A stretch of DNA of 64,000 bases from Acidobacteriota bacterium (GTDB lineage Bacteria; Acidobacteriota; UBA6911; JACQSX01): positions 31,628 through 95,627 of the forward strand of contig DASXQR010000010.1 in the NCBI GenBank assembly GCA_036507075.1. The letters are read 5' to 3'. Position 1 is the first letter of the stretch; the number at the start of each line of letters is the position of its first letter. This document shows, piece after piece, positions 9,682 to 19,081 of this stretch. A program made the translations under genes and the position numbers. A model generated the notes under the pieces. It did no database searches, was not told the DNA's origin, and worked only from the letters and a program-made list of their open reading frames with translations.

Positions 9682-10422
9682 CTACTCCTTGCCAGCAGCG
9701 TCAAAGTAGTGCTCGGCCTTCTTGCATCCCAGGTCGGCCAGATTCGCCAGGGAGGCGACCGCTGCGGATCGAACCTCGCTGTATTTGTCACGCGTCAGCT
9801 TGAGGAAGGACTCGAGCACGTCATCAGGGATCTGATTGGGCCGGTGCCAGTAAGCCACAGACAGTTCGGTGACAGCATGGGCGCGCATCGCGGGATCATC
9901 GCAGAACAGGTATTCATTCAGAAATTCCACGGCCTCCTGGCCTCCCTGCTGCGCGATTGACGCGGCAGCCGAGAGAATCATCTTTTGGCGCTTCTTAAGA
10001 AAGTTGTCGCGTTTGAAAGTGAAGTCCATCGCCTTACGCAGATAAGGGATGGCGCGATCCTCTCCCACTTCACCCATGGCCACAATCAAGGCCGCCTGCA
10101 AAGACTGCGTCCCTGTCCCCGCGTGCGTTTTGTCTTCAAGCAGCGCCTGGAAGAGCGGGTCTAGAGTCTCTGTTCTTTCAAGGGTTCCAAGGGCGAGAGC
10201 GGCGAATTCCTTCTCTTTGCGCGAACCTTGTTTGAGTATTCTTAGTAAAGGCTGCAGAAACTTCCTGTTCCGGAGAACACTGATCTCAGGGAGGATATTG
10301 TATTTTTCGGCGGTAGTCCCAGTTTCGATAACTCCAACGCAGCGATCAACTGCATCATCCTGCCTTTCATCGGGAGCAGCGGTTGTATCGAAACTCATTA
10401 CAAGCCTTAAGTCGCGGCCCAT
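9682..10422 (-). CDS. HEAT-repeat protein
   Basis: Repeated AA.ALG / VR.AAV..L helical units. Confidence 0.75.
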   Translation of the reverse strand: MGRDLRLVMSFDTTAAPDERQDDAVDRCVGVIETGTTAEKYNILPEISVLRNRKFLQPLLRILKQGSRKEKEFAALALGTLERTETLDPLFQALLEDKTHAGTGTQSLQAALIVAMGEVGEDRAIPYLRKAMDFTFKRDNFLKKRQKMILSAAASIAQQGGQEAVEFLNEYLFCDDPAMRAHAVTELSVAYWHRPNQIPDDVLESFLKLTRDKYSEVRSAAVASLANLADLGCKKAEHYFDAAGKE

Positions 10423-10507
10423 TATAGTGCTGCAAGGGTTTCCTGCAAAAGAAAAAACCGGTTTGAGGCTGTTCGAGGTAGTGAACGTATCATGCCAATG
10501 TTGATCG

Positions 10508-10603
10508 TGAGCGTGAACGTAGTCGTTAACGTCTAACGTTGACGTGCACGTGGCCGTCCTCGGCTTTTTTTCTTTAGTTGCGGCTCTGCCGGGCTGTGCC
10601 TCC
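10508..10603. repeat. Composite intergenic repeat (6-bp-period GTGAAC/GTTGAC run + CTCGGCTTTT..TT(A/G)GTTGCGGC..GCCGGGCTGTG)
   Basis: Near-identical copies at about 23315-23375 and 42400-42480. Confidence 0.8.
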
Positions 10604-10624
10604 GTTGCGTGTTAGAATAGTCGG

Positions 10625-11245
10625 ATGCAGAACAGAACACTGCCGGCAGTCATTGTCAGCCTGGTTGCCGGGTTGATCATCGGCTTTTTCGGCGGAGTGG
10701 CTTACGACTCGCAGAAGGCCGTATCAGCGCAAACGACAGCCGACCGTTCTGCTCCTGCCGACGCGACCCAGCCGGATAATTCCAAGCTTCCGGAAAACCA
10801 TCCTTCCAAGGAAGTGATGGAAAAGGTCACCCATCTGCTGGAGCACGCCCAGAAGGATCCCAATGACAAGGATTCGCGCATCGAACTGGGCAATATCTTT
10901 TATAACCTCGGCCAGTTCGAGCAGGCGATCAACTATTATGGCCAGGTCCTGGAGCTCGATCCCCGCAACGTAAACGTGCGCACGGATATGGGAACGTCAT
11001 ATCACTTTCTAGGCGATCATGACCGTGCTCTGAAAGAGTTTGCCATCTCGCTGAACCTGGATCCGACACATGCGGAAACCCTGCAGAACATGGGATGGGT
11101 GAAGTACAACGGAAAAAAGGACTACAAAGGCGCGCTCGAGGCCTGGAATAAGCTGCTTGCCACGCATCCGGACTATCGGCATGCCGATCAAATCCGCAAG
11201 CAGATCGAATTGGTGAAGAAAGAAATGGCGGGTGGAAAGAGTTAA
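10625..11245 (+). CDS. Membrane-anchored TPR protein
   Basis: N-terminal TM segment, LPENHP motif, TPR repeats. Confidence 0.85.
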   Translation: MQNRTLPAVIVSLVAGLIIGFFGGVAYDSQKAVSAQTTADRSAPADATQPDNSKLPENHPSKEVMEKVTHLLEHAQKDPNDKDSRIELGNIFYNLGQFEQAINYYGQVLELDPRNVNVRTDMGTSYHFLGDHDRALKEFAISLNLDPTHAETLQNMGWVKYNGKKDYKGALEAWNKLLATHPDYRHADQIRKQIELVKKEMAGGKS

Positions 11246-11505
11246 TGCTCGGGCTGCTGATTCGACTAATCCTGATCCTTTTTATTCTTTACTTCATCCG
11301 CAAGGCGCTGCGAAGCCTGATGGGCGCGAGCACCGGGTCGCGCATGCCGCGCCAGAATCGGGCTCGCGAGATCCGGGGAACGATGATGAAAGACCCGGTC
11401 TGCGGCACATACGTTGATACTCAAGCCTCGATTCGCGTCAACAGGAACGGTAAAGATTTTTATTTTTGCTCGGAAGCCTGCAGGCGTCAGTTCGCGGCCA
11501 ATTGA
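11245..11505 (+). CDS. YHS/TRASH-domain small membrane protein
   Basis: KDPVCGTYV...YFCSEAC; start overlaps the upstream stop. Confidence 0.85.
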   Translation: MLGLLIRLILILFILYFIRKALRSLMGASTGSRMPRQNRAREIRGTMMKDPVCGTYVDTQASIRVNRNGKDFYFCSEACRRQFAAN

Positions 11506-11524
11506 TTACCGGCAAGCTGGCCGG

Positions 11525-11571
11525 GAAAAAGGGGACAGTCCCCAATTGGAAAAAGGGGACAGTCCCCAATT
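11525..11571. repeat. Two direct copies of a REP-like hairpin
   Basis: GAAAAAGGGGACAGTCCCCAATT x2. Confidence 0.8.
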
Positions 11572-11641
11572 AGTCTGCTCTTGTGCGTTCCTGGCGGCCT
11601 TGGCGGTTAAGGTTTTTGAATAATCCGCGCAAAAACCATTC

Positions 11642-12508
11642 GTGGCCAAAAAGAAAATCCGCACCATAGGCATTGTCGCGAAGCTGAAACCCGAAATCGG
11701 CGATATCGTCGCCGCTGTCGTCCAATGGTGCCGCGAAAAAGGAATCAAGTTTTTTGTTGATTCCGAGTCGGCTGCGTTCCTTCCTTTCGAAGTCCCTGCC
11801 CTGCCCCGCGACCGACTTCCCTTCCGAACCGAGGTCATCGTGGTCCTGGGCGGCGATGGCACGATCCTAGCGGCGGCGCGATCGCTCAAGAACAGCGGCA
11901 CTCCCATGCTGGCAGTCAATGTCGGATCCCTCGGCTTCCTGACCGAAGTGAAACTGCAGGAGCTTTATCCGACGCTGGAGCGAGTGATCGAGAACAAGTT
12001 TTTTGTCGATGTTCGCTACATGATCGACGCACTGGTGAAACGGAAGCGAAAAGTTGTGGCAAAGTACACTGCCTTGAATGACGCAGTAATCAACAAAGGA
12101 GCGCTGGCGCGAATTATCCAGTTTGAGGCCTTCAGCAACCAGGACCAGATCGGCACCTTTCTGGCGGACGGTCTGATCATCGCCACACCAACGGGATCGA
12201 CGGCATACTCGCTCTCGGCGGGTGGGCCTGTGGTGTTCCCCAACATGGAATGCCTGGTTCTTACTCCGATCTGCCCGCACACGCTGACCAACCGCCCGCT
12301 GGTGATTCCGCTCGACACAACAGTTCGCGTTGTCCTGACGCAGGGAGAAGAAGTCATGCTGACTGTTGACGGCCAGGTCGGAACCCGTCTCCAGTTGCAC
12401 GATGAAGTGGTTGTTTCCCGTTCTCGCAGCACGGTGAAACTGATTCATCCCGCCAACAAAAACTACTTCGACGTGCTGCGCGAAAAGCTCAAATGGGGAG
12501 AGCGGTAG
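11642..12508 (+). CDS. nadK: NAD(+) kinase
   Basis: GGDGT, GSLGFL, ND, DGLIIATPTGSTAYSLSAGGP motifs. Confidence 0.96.
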   Translation: MAKKKIRTIGIVAKLKPEIGDIVAAVVQWCREKGIKFFVDSESAAFLPFEVPALPRDRLPFRTEVIVVLGGDGTILAAARSLKNSGTPMLAVNVGSLGFLTEVKLQELYPTLERVIENKFFVDVRYMIDALVKRKRKVVAKYTALNDAVINKGALARIIQFEAFSNQDQIGTFLADGLIIATPTGSTAYSLSAGGPVVFPNMECLVLTPICPHTLTNRPLVIPLDTTVRVVLTQGEEVMLTVDGQVGTRLQLHDEVVVSRSRSTVKLIHPANKNYFDVLREKLKWGER

Positions 12509-12525
12509 GTAGCAAGCCGGAACAT

Positions 12526-12719
12526 CCAAGAAAACTTTAACCGCCAAGATCGCCAAGAACGCTAAGAATGGCGCAAAGGACGGGGGCTGAAACTTGAAGG
12601 ATGAAGGCCATAAAAGCCGTGTCACGCAGCGGTACTGTGCCTTCATCCTTCAAGTTTCAGCCCCCGTCCTTTGCGCTCTCTTGGCGCTCTTGGCGATCTT
12701 GGCGGTTAAGTTTTCTTGG
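12526..12719. repeat. Long inverted-repeat (MITE/REPIN-like) element, copy 1
   Basis: Arms 12526-12608 and 12639-12719; homologous to 20571-20799. Confidence 0.9.
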
Positions 12720-13797
12720 CCGCATTCTCATACTCCTGTTGCAACTGCTCCATCAGACTGTCGAGTTTCTCCAGGAGTCGTTTCGGCTGCCTTGGTTTCC
12801 GTTTGTTGAGGGCGTAGGCGGCCATCAGCGGGAGCGCGATGGTGCAGTCCAGATAACAGACGACCGCGTCGGGCAGCCGATCGGGATCAATCTTCCCCCA
12901 GCTCACCGCTTCTCCCGGGGTCGCTCCCGACAGACCTCCCGTGTCCGCGCGGGCGTCGGTCACCTGTAGGAAGTAATCATGTCCCTTCTCTTCAATTCCA
13001 AGAACCTCCTGAATCTGAGGCTCAGTTTGCAATACGAAATTCTTGGGCGAACCACCGCCCAGAATGACTACGGCGCTTTTTCCACCGGAACGCTTCGCTC
13101 CCAGCACGATCGCCGCCGTCTGATTTACGTCGCGGTTGACATCGAACACGAGCTTGTTACCGCTGAGAGCTTTCGCAGCCACGTTCATGCCGATTGAGCT
13201 GTCACCCGGCGATGAGGTAAAGATCGGAACCGCGTGCGTGTAAGCTGCAGACAAAAGGGAGCGGCGGTCCAGTTTGAGCATCCGCTCGCGTTCCGCCATG
13301 TAGCGGCCGATCCGATGATGAAATTCAGCCGTGCTCATGGAAGACTGAAACTCCGGGGCTGAAATCACTTCACGGTAGAAGGCGTCGGTGGACAGCAGCA
13401 CGTCATATTCGAAAAAGATGTCATAAATTCGGACTACCCCTTCTTCACGCAGCACCACGTCGCTCACGTTAGGAGTTCCGCGATGCATTTTCAGCCCGAT
13501 GCCGAAGTGCGTGTCATGGTACAGATTGGCGCCCGTGCTTACAATCCAGTCTATGAAGCCCGCCTCAATCATCGGAATCAACGCGCTCCGCCCCAAGCCT
13601 GCGGGAGTAAGGGCCCCTGTGATGCCGACACCTACGGTCACGTCCGCCTCCAGCATCTTTTCGGCAAACAGATGGCATGCCTCGCGGAGCCGTGCCGCGT
13701 TGTAAGCCAGAAATGTCTGATCAATGAGCTCGACCAGAGACGTATCACCGCGGATGATCAGCGGATCAATGGGCTTGCCTGTCAGGTATTTGCTCAT
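12706..13797 (-). CDS. Deoxyhypusine synthase-like protein (probable homospermidine synthase)
   Basis: [38 protein letters not shown] with the catalytic Lys position retained. Confidence 0.9.
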   Translation of the reverse strand: MSKYLTGKPIDPLIIRGDTSLVELIDQTFLAYNAARLREACHLFAEKMLEADVTVGVGITGALTPAGLGRSALIPMIEAGFIDWIVSTGANLYHDTHFGIGLKMHRGTPNVSDVVLREEGVVRIYDIFFEYDVLLSTDAFYREVISAPEFQSSMSTAEFHHRIGRYMAERERMLKLDRRSLLSAAYTHAVPIFTSSPGDSSIGMNVAAKALSGNKLVFDVNRDVNQTAAIVLGAKRSGGKSAVVILGGGSPKNFVLQTEPQIQEVLGIEEKGHDYFLQVTDARADTGGLSGATPGEAVSWGKIDPDRLPDAVVCYLDCTIALPLMAAYALNKRKPRQPKRLLEKLDSLMEQLQQEYENAAKKT

Positions 13798-13912
13798 GAT
13801 AAGGGAGTCCTCCAAGTTCCGAGCCGCCGGCGCTGCGGTGCAATCATATCTTGAACAGCTCGAATGTGGTGATCCCACCGGCAACGCATAAAAAATCCGA
13901 AAAAGCCGGGAC

Positions 13913-14048
13913 CACGAAGGCGCGAAAGCGCGAAATGAGTCAGATCCCTTGGCTACCAAAAGGGACTGAGTATCGAAATGTTTGCGGTTCGGGTCATGCA
14001 GGAAGACTGGAACAATTTTCGATTTCGCGGCTTCGCGCCTTCGCGGTG
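13913..14048. repeat. Inverted pair of 8/9-bp-period repeats
   Basis: CCACGAAGGCGCGAAAGCGCGAAAT / ATTTCGCGGCTTCGCGCCTTCGCGG. Confidence 0.7.
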
Positions 14049-14138
14049 GGTTTCTTCATACCTTTCAAGCCCAATGGAGCTTGAGACACTGCTTGCATGT
14101 ATACTGTCCTTCTGAGGGCCTCATTCAGGCCGCCTTGA

Positions 14139-14492
14139 ATGAAAAGAATACGGTTCTGGGAACCGACAGGAAGATTGCGGCGCAAGCTGCTGGTGCTTGT
14201 GTTGACATCTTTCTTTGTGTCGGTTTTGACTGCAGAGTGTGTCCATCTCATCGACGAAACGATCGATCACGCCAGAGGTCACGCTTCAAGCGGCAGGCAG
14301 GGACCTGGCGGAGACTGGTCGCACCGCTGCCACAGTTGCCCCACCTCTCAGCCCCAGAGTCAGGGTCCGACACTGGATTTTCACATCGGGCTCAGCCCGA
14401 CGCCTCTCGAACGCCCCACAAACAATGGGGGTCGTGGCTCCCTCTCTCTTGTAAGGCTTCCCGCCAAGCGCGCACCGCCCGTTTCAGTCTGA
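14139..14492 (+). CDS. DUF2946/CruR/CutF-like leader protein with CxxC and C-terminal RAPP arrest motif
   Basis: Hydrophobic N-terminal segment, His-rich middle, CHSC, ends KRAPPVSV; directly upstream of metal-uptake genes. Confidence 0.7.
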   Translation: MKRIRFWEPTGRLRRKLLVLVLTSFFVSVLTAECVHLIDETIDHARGHASSGRQGPGGDWSHRCHSCPTSQPQSQGPTLDFHIGLSPTPLERPTNNGGRGSLSLVRLPAKRAPPVSV

Positions 14493-14504
14493 CGTATCCT
14501 GAGT

Positions 14505-14605
14505 GCAGGACAACGACAACGCGTCCTGCTTAATCCATGCCGACTCTTCGGGCCATACCAGGCGCCGGATGAAGTCGGCTCCTGAGTTTTCATTGGAGAA
14601 GCCGT
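14505..14605 (+). promoter_or_regulatory. Alternative RNA hairpins in the leader, one covering the RBS
   Basis: GCAGGAC/GTCCTGC (14505-14529). GCCGACT/AGTCGGC (14539-14579) competes with CGGCTCC (14576-14582) pairing to GGAGAAGCCG (14595-14604). Confidence 0.45.
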
Positions 14606-16006
14606 ATGTATCGTGTCAGACAGAAATTGGCATTTGCCATCATTTTCTTCTCTTCTCAGATGGTGTGGAGTCCAGCGGCGCCAGCCGGTCAGCAGCCGGC
14701 CGAGCCGCGGAAGAATGAAGCACGACAAGATTTGACCCCTTCAGACGCCGCCGCTTTGAATGTGATACGCACCCAGATAGAGGCAATGAAGGCGGATTAC
14801 GAAAAACGCATCAAGGACCTGGAGGACCAACTCGCACAGCTCCAATCCCGCCTGTCACAGCAACCGGCAAGCGGCGAAATGGTGCAGGAGCCGCAGGCCC
14901 CGCAACCCGTGGTGCAGTCGATTCCCGGCGCGCTCAATCCCGCCATTTCTGTGATCGGGAATTTCGTGGGGAGAGGCGACACTCAAAAAGTGTTCAACGA
15001 AGACGGGGACCGCCTCGACAATAAAATGAACCTGCGGGAAGGCGAAATCGACATGAGAGTGCCGATCGATCCTTACGCGGATGGAGTATTGATCACGTCT
15101 TTGGAATCGGAAACTCCCGGAGCCTTTTCCGTCGACGCTGAAGAAGCCTACGTGAACATAAAAAAGCTCCCGTTCCTGGACCGCACACCACTGGGGCTGA
15201 GATTGAAGGTGGGCCGTTTTCGACCTGCGTTCGGCAAGATAAACATCCTGCACACGCACGATCTTCCGCAGAGCTTTCGCCCGTTGCCGGTTGAAGAATT
15301 CATGGGTCCCAAAGGATTCAATCAGAACGGCATCTCGGCGAGTTTCTTCATTCCAACGCCATGGGACGCCAATTCCACGTTGGATGCAACAGTAGAATTC
15401 CTGGGCGGCGGCGACGTGGCCATCTCTCCGCAAAAGCAAGCGCGAAATGCCTACCTGGCGCACCTGCGATGGTTCCGGACCGCCCGCGACACACACAATT
15501 TTGAGCTCGGCCTTTCCAGCTACTATCACCCCCGAGGCAATGACATCCGTTCCGCCAATTTTAATGGCGTCGATTTTCTCTATCGCTGGAAGCCTTTGCG
15601 CCAGGGCGAATGGAAGTCATTCCTGCTGGGCGGTGAAATGATGTTTGCCGGTCGCGCTTACCCCGATGCGGGAGAACCGCCGGAGGTTGCCCGACTTTCC
15701 GATGAGATCCAGCCCGGATCCGGCAAGCCGTTCGGCTACACGGCATTCACTCAGTATCAGTTCGACCGACGGAAATACGCCGGTATTCGGTGGGACCAGA
15801 CCACCGCGCTTGTGAACCCCGGCTTGCGTCGCCGTGGGTTAACGCCGTACTTCTCATATTATTTCAGCGAGTTCCTGCGTTTCCGGCTGAACTACGAGCA
15901 CCGCTGGAGCGATTTCTCGACCGAGGACCGCCGAAACTCGGTATTTCTTGAGTTGAACTGGGTTTTCGGCGCCCATCCGCCCGAGCCGTTTTGGGTAAAC
16001 AAATGA
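14606..16006 (+). CDS. Outer-membrane beta-barrel/porin-like protein of metal-uptake clusters
   Basis: Signal peptide, coiled coil, NP.ISVIG, EEAY, G.F...FG.IN..HTH, SEF.R.RL.Y, FGAHP.E.F ending. Confidence 0.75.
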   Translation: MYRVRQKLAFAIIFFSSQMVWSPAAPAGQQPAEPRKNEARQDLTPSDAAALNVIRTQIEAMKADYEKRIKDLEDQLAQLQSRLSQQPASGEMVQEPQAPQPVVQSIPGALNPAISVIGNFVGRGDTQKVFNEDGDRLDNKMNLREGEIDMRVPIDPYADGVLITSLESETPGAFSVDAEEAYVNIKKLPFLDRTPLGLRLKVGRFRPAFGKINILHTHDLPQSFRPLPVEEFMGPKGFNQNGISASFFIPTPWDANSTLDATVEFLGGGDVAISPQKQARNAYLAHLRWFRTARDTHNFELGLSSYYHPRGNDIRSANFNGVDFLYRWKPLRQGEWKSFLLGGEMMFAGRAYPDAGEPPEVARLSDEIQPGSGKPFGYTAFTQYQFDRRKYAGIRWDQTTALVNPGLRRRGLTPYFSYYFSEFLRFRLNYEHRWSDFSTEDRRNSVFLELNWVFGAHPPEPFWVNK

Positions 16007-16060
16007 TCCCAAACAACATTTTTCGTTTGTAAACATCGGAACGCTTATCAGGTGGTGCAT

Positions 16061-17080
16061 ATGAAATTTTTTAGATACGGCTTGGTTTTGTTCCTTTCTG
16101 TTCTCAATTCAGGACCGGCATTCGGGGCGGCGCAAAAAGTGCGTGTGGTATGTACTCTTCCAACCCTGCGGGCACTGACCGAGGAAGTAGGGGGTAATCG
16201 CGTCGATGTGATCAGCCTTGCAAAGGGAGATCAGGATCCGCACTTTGTCACTCCTACCCCGGTTTTGATGAAAAAGACCCGGGAAGCGGATCTGTTCCTT
16301 GAAAACGGATTCTCGCTCGAATTATGGGCCGATGAGGTGGTCAACGGTTCCGGAAATTCGAAGATCTTTCGGGGTACGCCGGGTCGGATTATCGCCGGAA
16401 GGAGGATTTCGGCACTCGAAATTCCGTCCGTCATCTCCCGCGAGCTGGGTGACATCCATCCGCAGGGAAATCCACATGTCTGGCTCGATCCATTGCTGGC
16501 GAAAGTGGAAGCGGAAAACATCGCCGAGGCTCTCAAGTCAGCCGATCCGGCAGGGGCGAGCTATTATGACTCGCGGCTCGCCGATTTTGAAAGACGGATT
16601 GACCTGGCTCTATTTGGGTCGGAGCTTCTCAAGTCGGTGGGAATACAAAAACTCACTCGACTGGCGATGAGCGGCGAGCTGCATCGTTTCCTGGAGTCCA
16701 ACAAGCTTACCGGCCAGGCCGGGGGCTGGCTGAAAGCTGCCGAACCTCTTCGAGGAAAGAAAGCGTACGAGTTCCACAAGGTATGGGTCTATTTCGCCCG
16801 TACTTTTGGCCTGCAGTTGGCCGGCACGATCGAAGAGCGGCCGGGGATCCCTCCGGGACCGCAACACGTTCGGCAAGTGACCGAAAGAATAAAAGCGGAA
16901 AAGATCCCGCTTATTCTGGTGGATAATTTTTACGACGCCGCGCTGCCGCGAAACATCGCACGGCAAACAGGAGCAAGCGTTGTGGTGCTTCCCAATCAGG
17001 TGGATGGCGAGCCGGGGATCAAGACCTACTTTGATCTGATCGACCATATAATTCAGAAGATCGCGGCGGCGGTTAAGTAG
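16061..17080 (+). CDS. Metal ABC transporter substrate-binding protein (ZnuA/TroA family)
   Basis: QDPHF, GDIHPQGNPHVWLDP, FH..W.YFA, E.RPGIPP.P.H. Confidence 0.92.
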   Translation: MKFFRYGLVLFLSVLNSGPAFGAAQKVRVVCTLPTLRALTEEVGGNRVDVISLAKGDQDPHFVTPTPVLMKKTREADLFLENGFSLELWADEVVNGSGNSKIFRGTPGRIIAGRRISALEIPSVISRELGDIHPQGNPHVWLDPLLAKVEAENIAEALKSADPAGASYYDSRLADFERRIDLALFGSELLKSVGIQKLTRLAMSGELHRFLESNKLTGQAGGWLKAAEPLRGKKAYEFHKVWVYFARTFGLQLAGTIEERPGIPPGPQHVRQVTERIKAEKIPLILVDNFYDAALPRNIARQTGASVVVLPNQVDGEPGIKTYFDLIDHIIQKIAAAVK

Positions 17081-17085
17081 AAAGT

Positions 17086-17580
17086 TTGCGAGTTGCGGGT
17101 TTGCGGGTTGCGGGTTTGCGCGTTGCGGGTTTGCGCGTTTGCGGGTTTGCGCGTTGCGGGTTTGCGCGTTTGCGCGTTTGCGGGTTTGCGGGTTGCGGGT
17201 TGCGGGTTTGCGGGTTACCGGGTTGCGGGTTTGCGCGTTTGCGGATTTGCGGGTTTGCGGGTTACCGGGTTGCGGGTTTGCGCGTTGCGGGTTTGCGCGT
17301 TGCGGGTTTACGGGTTGCGAGTTTGTGGGTTGCGGGGTTTGCGGGCTCAAACGATTCAGAGCCAGTCGCCGGTTGAAAAGCAGAGATTAAAAATTATTAA
17401 AAATTAAAAATTCCGAAAATTTCGAATTTTCAATTTTGAACCCGAACCTAAAGCGAAACCCGAAACCTCATAATCCGGAAACCCACAACGTGGAACCCGT
17501 AACCCGTAAACTCGTAACCCGGAAACCCATAACCCGTAGACCTGGAACCCGTAACCCGGAAACCCGTAACTTGTAACTCA
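17086..17580. repeat. Inverted 7/8-bp tandem arrays flanking an AT-rich core
   Basis: (TTGCGGG/TTTGCGCG)n 17086-17346; AT-rich 17390-17440; (AACCCGT/AAACCCG)n 17440-17580. Confidence 0.9.
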
Positions 17581-17599
17581 AGCTGTAGCGCGAGGGCGC

Positions 17600-19051
17600 A
17601 TGCTCAGTTTTTCAGAACTAGCCTGGATGGTGACGCCGTTTCTGGCGTGTCTGGTGCTGTCCATCAACCATGTATATCTCGGTATTCACGTAATTGCCAG
17701 GAAGGTAATCTTCGTCGATCTGGCGCTGGCTCAAATCGCGGCTCTGGGCGCCACCTACGCCATTACGCTTGGATATGATGCCCGCGAAGACGCGCTTAGA
17801 GTTTCGCTCTTTTCCCTTGCCTTCACGTTTGCGGGGGCGGGCGCATTCGCCATCGCCCGCATGCGCAAGGAAAGAGTTCCACAGGAAGCATTCATCGGAA
17901 TCATTTATGCCGCAGCCTCCGCAGCAGCGATACTGATCCTTTCCAAATCCACCACCGGCGGTGAAGAACTCAAGCACATGCTGGTCGGCGATGTCCTGCT
18001 GGTGACAAACAAAGAAGTGCTTGAGATGGCTCTGCTGTACGCGGCTATCGGACTGTTTCACGTGATCTTCCGCCGGCAGTTCCTCACTATTTCTCTCGAC
18101 CCCGAGACTGCGGAGAGGAAGCTCAATATTCGATTCTGGGACATCCTGTTCTATATGTCCTTTGGCGTGGTGATTACCAAGTCGGTAGCGATCGTCGGCG
18201 TGCTTCTGGTGTTCTCTTACCTGGTGGTGCCGGCCGTCATAGCCCAGATGTGGAGCAATACGGTTCGCGGAAGACTTTTCCTGGGGTGGCTTGTGGCCAT
18301 CGTTGCCAGCACCTTCGGCATTCTCTGGTCGTTCCGGGCTGATTATCCGACCGGCCCAGCCGTGGTTGTAATGCTCTTCCTGTTTCTGGTGCTTTCCGGC
18401 GTTATCTATTATCTGCAGCATGCGCCGTCGAAGCTGCGCGCCGCCGGCAACGTTGCCGCGATTTCACTGGCTGCCGTGCTCTTCTTTGCGGTTCTCTCTC
18501 ATTTCCGCAAAACCGCTCCAGCGGAAGCCGGTCCGCGCCCGGGGGCGGTGGAGCTGTTGTTAAACGAGCTCAAGCACGATGATGAAGCGCGCCAACTGGA
18601 CGGCATTCGCCATTTGGCGGAAATGCGCGATCCCCGCATTGTCCCGGCTCTGGAAAATCTGTTAAAGCGCGCGCAGTCCGAGCAGGTCATCGAAGCCGCG
18701 GTGGATGCGCTGGCAAAGCAGGAAGATCCCCATGCCGCTCCGGCGCTGCGAGCGGCGGCACAAACTACTCATGACGATTTTCTGCAGCTTTCCATCGCAA
18801 GAGCCCAACTGGCGGTCGGGGACAAAGCGGGCTTTGAGACATTGATGCGGATTCTCAGCGGCCAGGGAGTAACCGTGGCGCGCCGGCAGGCCAACGAGTT
18901 AATCGAACGGTATGCCGGACGCTCATTCGGCTACAATGCCGACTATCCGGCGGCCCAGAATCGCGCAGCGCTGCAGCGAATCGAAGAATGGTGGAAAAGA
19001 GAAGGCAGCCGGCTGCGCTGGGACGCGAAAGCGAAGCGCTTCGTCGGCTAG
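17600..19051 (+). CDS. Metal ABC transporter permease (ZnuB/ABC-3 family) fused to C-terminal HEAT-repeat domain
   Basis: H.YLG.HV..R.VIFVDLALAQIAALG, QEA.IG..YA, GVLLVFSYL.VPA, PTGP; about 170-aa helical-repeat tail. Confidence 0.85.
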   Translation: MLSFSELAWMVTPFLACLVLSINHVYLGIHVIARKVIFVDLALAQIAALGATYAITLGYDAREDALRVSLFSLAFTFAGAGAFAIARMRKERVPQEAFIGIIYAAASAAAILILSKSTTGGEELKHMLVGDVLLVTNKEVLEMALLYAAIGLFHVIFRRQFLTISLDPETAERKLNIRFWDILFYMSFGVVITKSVAIVGVLLVFSYLVVPAVIAQMWSNTVRGRLFLGWLVAIVASTFGILWSFRADYPTGPAVVVMLFLFLVLSGVIYYLQHAPSKLRAAGNVAAISLAAVLFFAVLSHFRKTAPAEAGPRPGAVELLLNELKHDDEARQLDGIRHLAEMRDPRIVPALENLLKRAQSEQVIEAAVDALAKQEDPHAAPALRAAAQTTHDDFLQLSIARAQLAVGDKAGFETLMRILSGQGVTVARRQANELIERYAGRSFGYNADYPAAQNRAALQRIEEWWKREGSRLRWDAKAKRFVG

Positions 19052-19081
19052 CGCTTGATTCTGCAGGTTCGGCAAGGATTG

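Noticed and set aside
16610..17407. Low-complexity ORFs (RVAGL/NPQ repeats)
   Set aside because: Translations of the 7/8-bp DNA arrays, open in several frames.
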